Part shown: piece by piece, positions 16,055-25,051 of the stretch
Layout of the letters: each line of letters starts with the position of its first letter
How positions within the stretch are numbered: the stretch's first letter is position 1
Assembly: GCA_031281815.1 (NCBI GenBank)
Contig: JAITEY010000155.1
Coordinates: 1 to 33,780 of the forward strand
Reading direction: 5' to 3'
Length of the DNA stretch: 33,780 nt
Source: Desulfovibrio sp.
Lineage (GTDB): Bacteria; Desulfobacterota; Desulfovibrionia; Desulfovibrionales; Desulfovibrionaceae
Notes under the pieces: generated by a model
Told to the model about the DNA's origin: nothing
Database searches by the model: none
Seen by the model: only the letters and a program-made list of their open reading frames with translations
Translations under genes and position numbers: made by a program

Positions 16055-17301
16055 TACAGGCTCCCGTGCGCGCAGGGGCGGGCTTCAGTCTCGGCCGGCC
16101 GCGCGGGTTGCCAGACGCAGAGCGGTTCCTCGGCCAGATGATCCCCGGTCAGGCTGTACGCCCTCGCCCGGCAGCCGCCGCAGACCCGGTGATATTCGCA
16201 GCGTCCGCATTTCCCCTTGTAACGGCCCCGGTCGCGGAATTCCAGAAAATGTTCCGAGGAGCGCCAGAGTTCCGGAAACGCCGTGACGCGGACGTTGCCG
16301 CAGTCCAGTTCCAGGTAACCGCAAGGCTGCACCTGCCCGGTGTGGCTGATGAAACAGAAGCCGGTCCCGCCCAGACATCCTCTGCTGACGGCGTCCATGC
16401 CGAAGCCTGCGAAGTCGACCTTCAGTCCTTCGGCATGCGCCCTTTGGCGCAGGATGCGGTAATAGTGCGGGGCGCACGTCGCTTTGAGGCTCATGCCCGC
16501 GCTCTTGCGGAAATCATAAAACCAGTTGAGCGTTTCCTCATATTCGGCGGCGGATATCACTTCTTCGCCCAACTGCGCGGCCCGGCCCATGGGGACCAGA
16601 AGGAAAATGTGCCAGGCGGCCGCGCCCAGCGAACGCGCAAGCGCGAAGATGTCCCGGAAGGAACGCAGGTTGCTTTTGGTGACCGTGCTGTTTATCTGGA
16701 ATTCGACGCCGTGCGCTTTCAGGTTTTCGATGCCGCGCAGGGCGGCGTCGAAAGCGCCGGGCACGCCGCGCAGGGCGTCGTGGCTTGCGGCGTCCGCGCC
16801 GTCAAGGGAAACGGAACAGCGCGCGATGCCGCTCGCGCGGATGTTCCGGGCGGCTTCGGCATCGACCAGTGTGCCGTTGGGGGCCATGACGCAACGCAGT
16901 CCCACGGCGCGGGCATGTTCCGCCAGTTCACAGACGGCGGCCCGCAGCAGCGGCTCGCCGCCCGTCAGAATGATGATGGGTTCGCCGCATTCCGTAAAGC
17001 TTTCGATAAGTTTCTGGGCTTCTTCCGTTGAGAGTTCGCCGGGATACGCTTCGGGATGGGCTTCCGCGCGGCAGTGCCGGCAGGCCAGATTGCAGGAGCG
17101 GGTGATTTCCCAGGCCACAAGGCGCAAGGGAGGCGCGTCGTTGCCCGGACCGTGTCCGGGCCGCGCGGTGTGTGCTGTCACGGGGTGCGCACCGTGTCCC
17201 TGCCGTGCCGGGTGCGCGGCTGCGGAATGCGTGCCGTGCCCGTGTTGCGCGGCCGTCGGCGTCGCATGGGTGTCGTCGGCGGGGATGGGGCGTGCGGTCA
17301 C
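16054..17301 (-). CDS. ahbD: Heme b synthase (AdoMet-dependent coproheme decarboxylase), radical SAM/SPASM
   Basis: RLVAWEITRSCNLACRHCRAEA CxxxCxxC, LKATCAPHYYRI, RGCLGG.GFCFISH.G.VQPCGYL and SPASM Cys cluster. His-rich N-terminus. GTG start overlaps the hemB stop (GTGA). Confidence 0.9.
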   Translation of the reverse strand: MTARPIPADDTHATPTAAQHGHGTHSAAAHPARQGHGAHPVTAHTARPGHGPGNDAPPLRLVAWEITRSCNLACRHCRAEAHPEAYPGELSTEEAQKLIESFTECGEPIIILTGGEPLLRAAVCELAEHARAVGLRCVMAPNGTLVDAEAARNIRASGIARCSVSLDGADAASHDALRGVPGAFDAALRGIENLKAHGVEFQINSTVTKSNLRSFRDIFALARSLGAAAWHIFLLVPMGRAAQLGEEVISAAEYEETLNWFYDFRKSAGMSLKATCAPHYYRILRQRAHAEGLKVDFAGFGMDAVSRGCLGGTGFCFISHTGQVQPCGYLELDCGNVRVTAFPELWRSSEHFLEFRDRGRYKGKCGRCEYHRVCGGCRARAYSLTGDHLAEEPLCVWQPARPAETEARPCAHGSL

Positions 17302-18272
17302 AGGAGGCCCTGCCGCAGGAGGTCGCGGGTGAAATAGCTGATGACGAGGTCGGCGCCGGCCCGGCGTATGCCGACAAGCGATTCCAGGGCGGCGGCATTT
17401 TCGTCGATGCGTCCGAGTTCCCCTGCGGATTTGATGAGCGTGTATTCCCCGCTCACCTGGTAGGCGGCCAGGGGCGCGTCGAAGGTATCGCGCGCTTCGC
17501 GGATCACGTCCAAAAAGGGTCCGGCCGGTTTGACCATGATGATGTCCGCGCCTTCTTCCAGGTCGGCCGCGATTTCACGCAGGGCTTCGCGCCGGTTGGC
17601 CGGGTCCATCTGGTAGCTTTTGCGGTCGCCGAAGCGCGGGGCGGAGCCGGCGGCTTCCCGAAAGGGCCCGTAGTATGCGGAAGCGTACTTGGCCGCGTAG
17701 GACATGACGGGCAGGGAGGCGAAGCCGTTTTCGTCGAGGGCGGTGCGGATGACGCCGATGCGGCCGTCCATCATGTCGGAAGGGGCGACCATGTCCGCCC
17801 CCGCCTCGGCGTGGGAGAGGGCGGTGCGGGCCAGGAGTTCCAGAGAGGGATCGTTGAGTACAGAGCCGTTGTCGTCTACCAGCCCGCAGTGTCCGTGGTC
17901 GGTGTATTCGCAGAGGCAGACGTCGGTGACGACAAAGAGGTCGGGGAGCGTATCTTTCAGCAGTTTGACGGCTTGCTGAACGATGCCGGAGGCGGCGTAG
18001 GCCCCGCCGCCGGCGGCGTCTTTTTTTTGCGGGATGCCGAAGAGCAGGCAGGAACGGACCCCCAGACCCGCGTCCGCGGCCGCCGCCGCGGCCAAACCGC
18101 GCAGGGAGTAACGGAACTGTCCCGGCATGGCGGCTATGGGAGTTTTTTCCGGCGCGTCCGCGCCTTCCTGAACGAAGTACGGCATAATCAACTGCGAGGG
18201 ATGCAGGCGCGTTTCACGCGTCATTTCCCGCAGGACGGCCGTGCCGCGCAGTCTTCTGCCCCTGTGAAACAT
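17298..18272 (-). CDS. hemB: Porphobilinogen synthase (delta-aminolevulinic acid dehydratase), Zn-binding type
   Basis: R.RRLR, DVCLCEYTDHGHCG, APSDMMDGRI, SYAAKYASAYYGPFREAA, MVKPA and YQVSGEY. RBS GGAGGGAG before ATG 18272. Confidence 0.96.
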   Translation of the reverse strand: MFHRGRRLRGTAVLREMTRETRLHPSQLIMPYFVQEGADAPEKTPIAAMPGQFRYSLRGLAAAAAADAGLGVRSCLLFGIPQKKDAAGGGAYAASGIVQQAVKLLKDTLPDLFVVTDVCLCEYTDHGHCGLVDDNGSVLNDPSLELLARTALSHAEAGADMVAPSDMMDGRIGVIRTALDENGFASLPVMSYAAKYASAYYGPFREAAGSAPRFGDRKSYQMDPANRREALREIAADLEEGADIIMVKPAGPFLDVIREARDTFDAPLAAYQVSGEYTLIKSAGELGRIDENAAALESLVGIRRAGADLVISYFTRDLLRQGLL

Positions 18273-18626
18273 GGTGTCTCCCTCCGGCTCCTTCATTTGC
18301 GGATACACACGATGCCCCGGGCCGGCTGCCCCGCACTCCGACGTCGATTTGCCGCATTGCCGTTACGGGCTCATCAAAACTCGCGTATTACGGCGTCATA
18401 GCAGACCCGGCCCGCTACGTCCACTGTGCGGACAGGCGTTTGCCGGCGCAGGAGGATAAGGACCCGTCCGAACGTGCGCAAGTCGACATTCCTTTCAGAT
18501 GAGGGGAATCGCCTGAGCCCGCCGTGAACGACGGCAGAAAAAATACTTGACTCCGGGGCCGGACAGTATAAGTACATGCCGAACGAGCGGCCCGGCCGGG
18601 AACGGTCCCCGTCCCGCCGCCGGGAG

Positions 18627-20048
18627 ATGATGATGGATTTGTCCGCCTCTCAGCCCGCCGCCATGCCCACGCCGTCGGGCTCCACGCGGGGCGCCTCACC
18701 CGCGCAACTGAAAACCGCTGCCTATGAAAAGACCGTAGCGGAGTTCCTGCGCAAGGAGCAGGGGTATTTTACGCTGATGACGGACGACCTGTCCTTTATC
18801 AAGCTTTTTCGCGCCGTAGTGGTCGGCAGGCTGGGTTTTGCCGCGGACAACGCCTTCCTCACCCTGCCGAACACCGAGAAACTCTTCAAAATCATCAAAG
18901 AGCGCGACGCCGGCGGGTTCCGGACTTTTGTCGTTATCGAACGGCTGTTCCGCGGCCGCGACATGACGCCCAGGATCCGGGAGATCAAGGAAAGCTTCCC
19001 CAAGTCGCCCGTGCTGGTGCTGACGACGGGTATGGAGCGTGACCGCATCGTCTACCTGCACGAAGTCGGGGCGGACAATTTTATCGCCCGGCCCGTGTCT
19101 TCCGACACCATTGTGGAAAAGGCGGCCTTTACTCTGAAGCCGCAGACCGAGTTGGGACAGGCCATCGACACAGCCAAAAATTTTCTGGAGGCGGGCGAGC
19201 CGGAAAAAGCCCGGCTGGCGGCGAACCGCATCCTGGAACTCAAGCCGGGCAGCGCTGCAGGGCTGATGGTGCTGGGCGACGCGGAAACGGCGCTGGGCAA
19301 CACGGAGGCGGCGAAACAGGCGTTCATGCAGGCGGCGGAAGGCGCGGGACTGTATCTTGAACCTCTGCGCAAACTGGCTGGGCTGGCCGAATCCACAGGC
19401 GCTCTCGAAGAATGCCTCAGCTACCTTGAGCAGCTTGACGCCCTTTCCCCTTTGAATCTGGAACGCAAGATCGGCATGGGCGAACTCAACCTGCAACTCG
19501 GCCGTAACGAGCAGGCCCAGGTGCTCTTTGAATACGTCGTCGACCAAGCCGCCAAGGAAGCCATGGACATTATGGTGTCCATGGCCGAACGCATCGCTTC
19601 CATTTACGCAGCCAAAGACCCGGAGCGCTCGGAACTGTTTCTGCGCAAGGCCCTTGCCGTGAAACAGGAAGTCTACACCATGGAAGACCTGCGCATTTTC
19701 AACCAACTCGGCATCAACCTGCGCAGACAGGGCAAATGGCGGGAGGCTGTCACGGAATACAGGCGCGCCATGCAGATAGCTCCCGAGGACGCAGGCCTGC
19801 ACTACAACCTGGGCATGGCCTACGCGCAAGGCGAGCAGATGGCCGACGCCGGCCGTTGCGTGGAAAAGACTTTGGCGCTCAATGCGCGCTTCGCCGACAC
19901 CTCGGATACCGTGGCCTTCAATATGGGGTATGTGCTTCTGAAAAACGGGCGGAAAGGCAAGGCCAGAGAATGCTTTGAAACAGCCCGGCGTCTCAATCCG
20001 GCCAACGAGGCGGCCGTCAAGGCCCTGGCCGACCCGGTCTTTGCCTGA
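18627..20048 (+). CDS. Tetratricopeptide-repeat protein with N-terminal atypical receiver domain
   Basis: Receiver-like beta/alpha pattern (TLMTDD, VVIE, VLVLT, GADNFIARP) followed by TPRs (FNQLGINLRRQG, LHYNLGMAY, FNMGYVL). Start at one of the tandem ATGs 18627-18633 after GGGAG. Confidence 0.82.
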   Translation: MMMDLSASQPAAMPTPSGSTRGASPAQLKTAAYEKTVAEFLRKEQGYFTLMTDDLSFIKLFRAVVVGRLGFAADNAFLTLPNTEKLFKIIKERDAGGFRTFVVIERLFRGRDMTPRIREIKESFPKSPVLVLTTGMERDRIVYLHEVGADNFIARPVSSDTIVEKAAFTLKPQTELGQAIDTAKNFLEAGEPEKARLAANRILELKPGSAAGLMVLGDAETALGNTEAAKQAFMQAAEGAGLYLEPLRKLAGLAESTGALEECLSYLEQLDALSPLNLERKIGMGELNLQLGRNEQAQVLFEYVVDQAAKEAMDIMVSMAERIASIYAAKDPERSELFLRKALAVKQEVYTMEDLRIFNQLGINLRRQGKWREAVTEYRRAMQIAPEDAGLHYNLGMAYAQGEQMADAGRCVEKTLALNARFADTSDTVAFNMGYVLLKNGRKGKARECFETARRLNPANEAAVKALADPVFA

Positions 20049-20058
20049 GGCAACGCAA

Positions 20059-20772
20059 TCAGTCCGGGTCGACGTCGGCGTACAGAATCTTCAGGCAGGC
20101 GTCGGCAAGGGCCGTCAGGCTGGAAACGGCGTTTTCCGCGGGCAGCCCGGAGGCGTCGTAGGCCAGGGGCAGTTCGGTACAGGCCGTCAGCAACGGGAGA
20201 TACTTTTCCCGCAGCAGGGAGTCGGCAACATCCCGCAACAGGGCCGCGGCCGCGGCCGTATCGCCGGCCTTGACCAGTTCCACGCAGTGTTGCACGCGCT
20301 CCTGCCGTTCCGCCCCGACGGTATGCAGGGCATAGCCCGCGCGGCGCGCGTAGTCCGCGTACAGACCGCTGCGCTCCACCCCCGTGGTGGCCAGCAGCCA
20401 TGCCCCGTCGGAATTTTTTTCACGCGCGGCGGCCAGACTTGCCTGCACGATGTGCACGAGGGGCGCCCCGAGCGTGTCGGCGAACCGGTCGATAAAGGCA
20501 TGCGCCGTGTTGCAGGGGCAGGCCAGGATATCCGCTCCCCAGGCCAGCAGCGTTTGCATGCCGGCCTTCAGGCGCGCTTCAGGGTCCGGCCCTGTCCCGA
20601 CCAGCGCCGCCGTGCGGTCGGGTACGCGGCTGTCGGACAGCAGGTAGACGACGGGGTGTTCCCGGTCCTTGCGCGCCGGGGCGCGCGCGGCCAGCAGGCG
20701 CATGAATTCCGCCGACGCCGCGGGCCCCATGCCGCCCAGCACACCCAACACCTTACGGGGAGACGCAGTCAT
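20059..20772 (-). CDS. Aspartate/glutamate racemase family protein
   Basis: [15 protein letters not shown] and the two catalytic Cys motifs CPCNTAH and ACTELPL. Confidence 0.92.
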   Translation of the reverse strand: MTASPRKVLGVLGGMGPAASAEFMRLLAARAPARKDREHPVVYLLSDSRVPDRTAALVGTGPDPEARLKAGMQTLLAWGADILACPCNTAHAFIDRFADTLGAPLVHIVQASLAAAREKNSDGAWLLATTGVERSGLYADYARRAGYALHTVGAERQERVQHCVELVKAGDTAAAAALLRDVADSLLREKYLPLLTACTELPLAYDASGLPAENAVSSLTALADACLKILYADVDPD

Positions 20773-20941
20773 GGTTCACTCCACATCTTATCCCGTCCGC
20801 CGAACGATGCCGCCCCTGCGGACAGGGAGTCGACCTGCATGTTGCCTCCCCGAAGGGAAGGATGCCCGCAACGGTATGCCCGGCTTTGCCGGTCGTCAAG
20901 CGGCAATCTCTCTGACCGGAGAGACTGCGGGCCGTACAGGG

Positions 20942-21730
20942 ATGGCCGGCGGATGCCCGCTTGTACCGCGGAACAGGAAGCGGGCGGTGTGCTCGGCGCC
21001 GGCGCGGGCTCTCGCCCTGCTCCTCCTTGCGTTCCTTGTCTGCGCCCCGGCCGGTTGCTCTCTGCGCGGCAGCGGGCAGGAGCCTACCATGGCTCCCGGC
21101 GGGGTGAGCGTGCCCAAGGGGGCGCGCGGCACCAAACCGTACACGGTCGCCGGCAAGACCTATTATCCCATGCTTTCCTCGCACGGTTTCCGCGAGGAAG
21201 GCATCGCCTCCTGGTACGGCCCTGATTTTCACGGGAAACAGACGGCCAACGGCGAAAAATACGATATGTACGGCATGACGGCGGCCCACAAACTGCTGCC
21301 TTTCGGCACCAAGGTGCTGGTCACCAACAAGGAAAACGGGAAATCCGCGGTGGTGCGCATCAACGACCGCGGCCCTTTTGTAGGCAACCGCGTCATAGAC
21401 CTCACGCGCACAGCGGCGGAACGCATAGGCATGATTGCCAAGGGCACGGCGCCGGTCATTCTGCAGACGCAGGGGCAGGTGCCCGGACTCAAGGACGGCG
21501 ATCTGGGCGGGAACTTTTACGTGCAGGTCGGGGCCTTTGCCAACAAGTCCAACGCCGAGCGCCTGGCCGGCAGGCTGAGACAAGGCGGACTCGGAGCGCG
21601 CACGGTCTACGCCGAAAATGTCGGGCTGTTCCGTGTTCAGGCCGGGCCCTATTCCGGTCTGAACCGCGCCGAACAGGCATCGGATTCCCTGGATGCCGCC
21701 TATCCCGGCAACTTCATCGTGGCCGACTGA
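20942..21730 (+). CDS. rlpA: Septal ring lytic transglycosylase RlpA with SPOR domain
   Basis: Lipoprotein-like signal ([14 protein letters not shown]), KPYTV.GKTY, GIASWYG.DFHGK.TANGE.YDM...[20 protein letters not shown] and SPOR (YVQVGAF...NA). Exact start uncertain. Confidence 0.92.
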   Translation: MAGGCPLVPRNRKRAVCSAPARALALLLLAFLVCAPAGCSLRGSGQEPTMAPGGVSVPKGARGTKPYTVAGKTYYPMLSSHGFREEGIASWYGPDFHGKQTANGEKYDMYGMTAAHKLLPFGTKVLVTNKENGKSAVVRINDRGPFVGNRVIDLTRTAAERIGMIAKGTAPVILQTQGQVPGLKDGDLGGNFYVQVGAFANKSNAERLAGRLRQGGLGARTVYAENVGLFRVQAGPYSGLNRAEQASDSLDAAYPGNFIVAD

Positions 21731-21827
21731 AACCGCATCCGGCAAGGTGGAGATTGTGGTTTTTTCCGCCGGCTTGCCACTTCGCGGCCGACTGAGGCCG
21801 CATCCGGCTCTGCCGGGGCGCTACGTT

Positions 21828-24356
21828 TCACAACACTTGATAAATGCGCGTGTAAACGTTGTCGAAGACCAGCTTGAAATACGGCGCGATCTCCGGATCG
21901 TCGGGCGGGCGTATCAAGAGCTGCACCATCATGGTGTGGTAGAAGACGTCGTCCATGACCAGCTTGTTGCCTGCCGGTCCGGAAAAAATATCCGGGCCGC
22001 GCAGGCGTTGCCAGAAACGACGCAGCGACGGCAGATTGCCGCCGTCCTTGCTTTCAGTCCCGCGCGTGCTGAAGATGAAGTGGTACGCGCCGTAACGGTT
22101 GAAGTCGAAGCGTTCAATATTTTTGCCGTCGAACACGGTCATGGTCGAGGCGTAGATGGGTCCGCTTTCTTCCGCGAGCACTACGCCCCGGTCCACGTTA
22201 TACTTCAACGCCGGCGTCAGATTGTTCATCAGCGCGCCGGGCGCGGTTTTGCTTTCAAAATTCCATGACCCGTAGCGCGTCACCCAAAGCCCGAGGTGCA
22301 GCAGGTCGAAGCCGACGACCAGATACTGCGTGCCGGGCGCCTGTACCAGGGGTCTGCCCCTGTCCCCGAGGTCACGCATCAGTTGCTGCGCTCCGGCCGC
22401 CGACAGGCCGGCAAAGACGTTGCCGGGCACGTCGCCTTTCAGGGCCGTGTATTTGATGATTTGCCGGGCAAACCGCGGGTCTTCCGTCGTGTAGACGGCG
22501 GCGGGCAGATACAGCGACGGGCCGCCGTGGCGCGCGCCGTCGGCGATGCAACGCCGTCGGGCAAAATGATGCGTTGCGTACCCCCAGTCCCACCAGTTCC
22601 ATACCATCGCGTCTTCAGGGCTGTTGAAGCGCAGGAAACTCAGCCCTTCCGCCTGTTCGCGGCTTATAATCGCTCCCTGCGAGTAATCCGGAATATGCCG
22701 GATCAACGGCCAGGAAAAGACCGCGGCGCACAGCAGGCAAACGGCCGCGCGCGCGGGGAACGGAAAGGCCGGGGCCGGCCGGTCCTCCGGGGCGGCATCC
22801 GGCACAGGCGCGCGCGCGCTGAACGGCAAGCGGATGCGGAGCGGAAAACGCCTGCCGCGGCGGGCAAGGACCGCGGCGGCAAAATCAGCCAGACGTCCCG
22901 CCTCCAGGCACAGGGTAATCATGACGACCGGCGCGCCGAACATGGTCATGCGCGCGCCCATGCGCAGGCTCAGCAGGTGCAGGACGAACAGGGGCAACAG
23001 CCAGAGCGCGGCGGGTACGGTCAGCGTACGCAGGAGGAACAGGCCCGCCCCGACAATCACGGGCAGTTCAAAAGGATAGACGTACAGCAGCATTTCGTGG
23101 ACGCCTATGGTCTGCACCTCGATGATGGACTGCGACACCGACGGGAACACCAGCGGCCCCTCGGCCGGCGAGAGGGGCGATACGTCGCCGCCGCGCCGCG
23201 TGTAGGCAATGAAGGACCGGGCCATGTTCTGCAGCACGGCGGCGTCCACGGCCCCGATGCAGAGAAGCGCCCAGAGAGCGAGCAGAGTGCGTCCGTCCAG
23301 AAAAAACGCGCCCGCCTTCCCCACGCATATGCGCAACGCCCGGACCTGCGCGCGCAGCGGGCTCCGGCATGCGCGGTTCCGTCCCGCGGCCGCCGGCGCC
23401 TCGGGCACGGGGTCGTCACGAGCGTCTTTCCTTCCCCGGCCTTCGCTGTTCCGTCTTGTGACCGTCAGCGCCGCCGCGCAGAGCGCGGCGCAAAAAAAGC
23501 CCGGCGGCCCGACCAGCAGGGGCAGGGCGTGGCAGAGCGCGCCGGCCAGAAGCGGTTTGCGTCCGCCCGGCGGACCGAGGGCAAGGATCGCGCAGGGCAG
23601 CATGAACACGGAAAAACGCGTGAGATACGGGAAAATGGAGTGCCACTCCTGCGTCATGTAGCCGCCCAGACCGGACAGGGCGAAGAGGGCGAGTACCGGC
23701 GCGTCGAGCAGGGCGCCGGTGTCGCGGTCGGGTCCGCATCCGGCCGTCTCGGTTGCTGCCGCAAGGGGCGGACACAGAGCTTCAAGCGGGCTTTTCAGGT
23801 ACGGCGCAAGTCCCAGGGCGGGCACAAGGCCGAGCATGACGGCAAAGAACAGTATCACCAGGTCCGTGTCGTAAAACCCGAGCAGCGTACGGGCGCAGAA
23901 CCCCGGCGTCAGGGAGGTCAGCACCCCGGCGCACAGTCCCGCCCACGGTCTTCCCAAACCCGCGCACCAGAAAAAAACGCCGAGTCCCGTCAGAGCGCTC
24001 ATGAAAACGGGCAGATAAAACCCCGTCAAGGCGGGACTCAGGCCGATCCACCCGGCAATCAGGCGCGCCGCCTCGGACATGGGATGGCCCGCGCCGAACT
24101 CAAAGCCCTCGGCCCCGGCAATCCAGTGATACGCATCGTGGGTGGCGAGCAGGTATTCGTCGTCCAGACGGAAGAGGTCGTTGTCCCAGAACGGAAGTTC
24201 CGTCAGACGCGCGCCGGCGGCGAGGACAAAGGTCAGGCAGAAGCAGAGCAGGGCCGCGCGGCCGTTGCCGGAAGCGCCGGGGACGGGCCGGCGGAAACAG
24301 TTGCCGCGCGGGAAAAACAGGCGGCAGACGAGGCGCGACATGGGGGAGCGGTTCAC
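21828..24356 (-). CDS. pglB: STT3-family oligosaccharyltransferase (N-linked protein glycosylation)
   Basis: ATHDAYHW (DxY), RT.LG.YDTD, SIIE (TIxE-like), WNWWDWGY (WWDxG) and DGAR motifs with many TM helices. GTG at 24356 overlaps the rsmG stop (GTGA); the 24815 start overlaps rsmG and is unlikely. Confidence 0.9.
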   Translation of the reverse strand: MNRSPMSRLVCRLFFPRGNCFRRPVPGASGNGRAALLCFCLTFVLAAGARLTELPFWDNDLFRLDDEYLLATHDAYHWIAGAEGFEFGAGHPMSEAARLIAGWIGLSPALTGFYLPVFMSALTGLGVFFWCAGLGRPWAGLCAGVLTSLTPGFCARTLLGFYDTDLVILFFAVMLGLVPALGLAPYLKSPLEALCPPLAAATETAGCGPDRDTGALLDAPVLALFALSGLGGYMTQEWHSIFPYLTRFSVFMLPCAILALGPPGGRKPLLAGALCHALPLLVGPPGFFCAALCAAALTVTRRNSEGRGRKDARDDPVPEAPAAAGRNRACRSPLRAQVRALRICVGKAGAFFLDGRTLLALWALLCIGAVDAAVLQNMARSFIAYTRRGGDVSPLSPAEGPLVFPSVSQSIIEVQTIGVHEMLLYVYPFELPVIVGAGLFLLRTLTVPAALWLLPLFVLHLLSLRMGARMTMFGAPVVMITLCLEAGRLADFAAAVLARRGRRFPLRIRLPFSARAPVPDAAPEDRPAPAFPFPARAAVCLLCAAVFSWPLIRHIPDYSQGAIISREQAEGLSFLRFNSPEDAMVWNWWDWGYATHHFARRRCIADGARHGGPSLYLPAAVYTTEDPRFARQIIKYTALKGDVPGNVFAGLSAAGAQQLMRDLGDRGRPLVQAPGTQYLVVGFDLLHLGLWVTRYGSWNFESKTAPGALMNNLTPALKYNVDRGVVLAEESGPIYASTMTVFDGKNIERFDFNRYGAYHFIFSTRGTESKDGGNLPSLRRFWQRLRGPDIFSGPAGNKLVMDDVFYHTMMVQLLIRPPDDPEIAPYFKLVFDNVYTRIYQVL

Positions 24357-25027
24357 GTTTTCAGCACGGCTTGGAGGAAACGGCAATCTTCGCCGACCTT
24401 GTAGCGCATCGGGGAGGCCGGCGTCCAGCCCGTATCGCGGAGGGTTGCCGTTGCTGCAGCGGGCAGCCCCCGTGTGAACAGAATGCATGCGCCTGTTTCC
24501 GGCGCATGTTCGTCGATGAAGGCGAGCAGCCTGTCCGGCGGCATGAAGGCGCGGCTCACGATGAGGTCCGGACGCGCGGGTCCGCGCAGAAAGGCTTCGG
24601 CGCGCCCGTGGTACACGCGCGTGCCGGGCAGGGGATGGGCGGCAAGGAAGGCGCGCATGAACAGGGCGCGTTTTTCGCGCGCTTCCACCAGCACATAGTC
24701 GCCTTCGGCGCGGAGCATGCGCAGGGGCAGGCCCGGCAGCCCCGCACCCGCCCCGAGGTCCGCGTACAAAGGCGCGGGGGGCAGGGGCAATCCGGCCAAG
24801 TACTCCGCCAGACAAAAACTGTCGACAACCAAAGAACGCAGGATGTCCAAGGGATTACGCGGACCGGTGAGGTTCGTCGTCCGGCTCCACTTGGCCAGCA
24901 GTCCCAGATAGTCGCTCAATACCGGATAAACGTCGCCGGCAAGGGCGAATCCCATAGCTTCCACAGCGGCCCGCACCGCATCCGGCGCGGGCGTTGCGGA
25001 AGCGCTCGCGGCGGGCGGCGTCTTCAT
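24353..25027 (-). CDS. rsmG: 16S rRNA (guanine527-N7)-methyltransferase
   Basis: YL.LL.KW...NLTG, VVDS, DLGAGAGLPGLPL, LVEAREKR..F, GRAE and VSRAF motifs. Confidence 0.92.
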   Translation of the reverse strand: MKTPPAASASATPAPDAVRAAVEAMGFALAGDVYPVLSDYLGLLAKWSRTTNLTGPRNPLDILRSLVVDSFCLAEYLAGLPLPPAPLYADLGAGAGLPGLPLRMLRAEGDYVLVEAREKRALFMRAFLAAHPLPGTRVYHGRAEAFLRGPARPDLIVSRAFMPPDRLLAFIDEHAPETGACILFTRGLPAAATATLRDTGWTPASPMRYKVGEDCRFLQAVLKT

Positions 25028-25051
25028 CGGCGTTGCGTCCGGTTCCGCCGT

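Noticed and set aside
20773-20941. Possible glycine riboswitch (GGAGAGA and CCGAAGG words)
   Set aside because: The words are in the wrong order and the CTCTCAGG element is missing.
24357-24815. 153-aa N-terminal extension of PglB in the ORF track
   Set aside because: Overlaps rsmG in another frame and is low-complexity. The GTG at 24356 coupled to the rsmG stop is more plausible.
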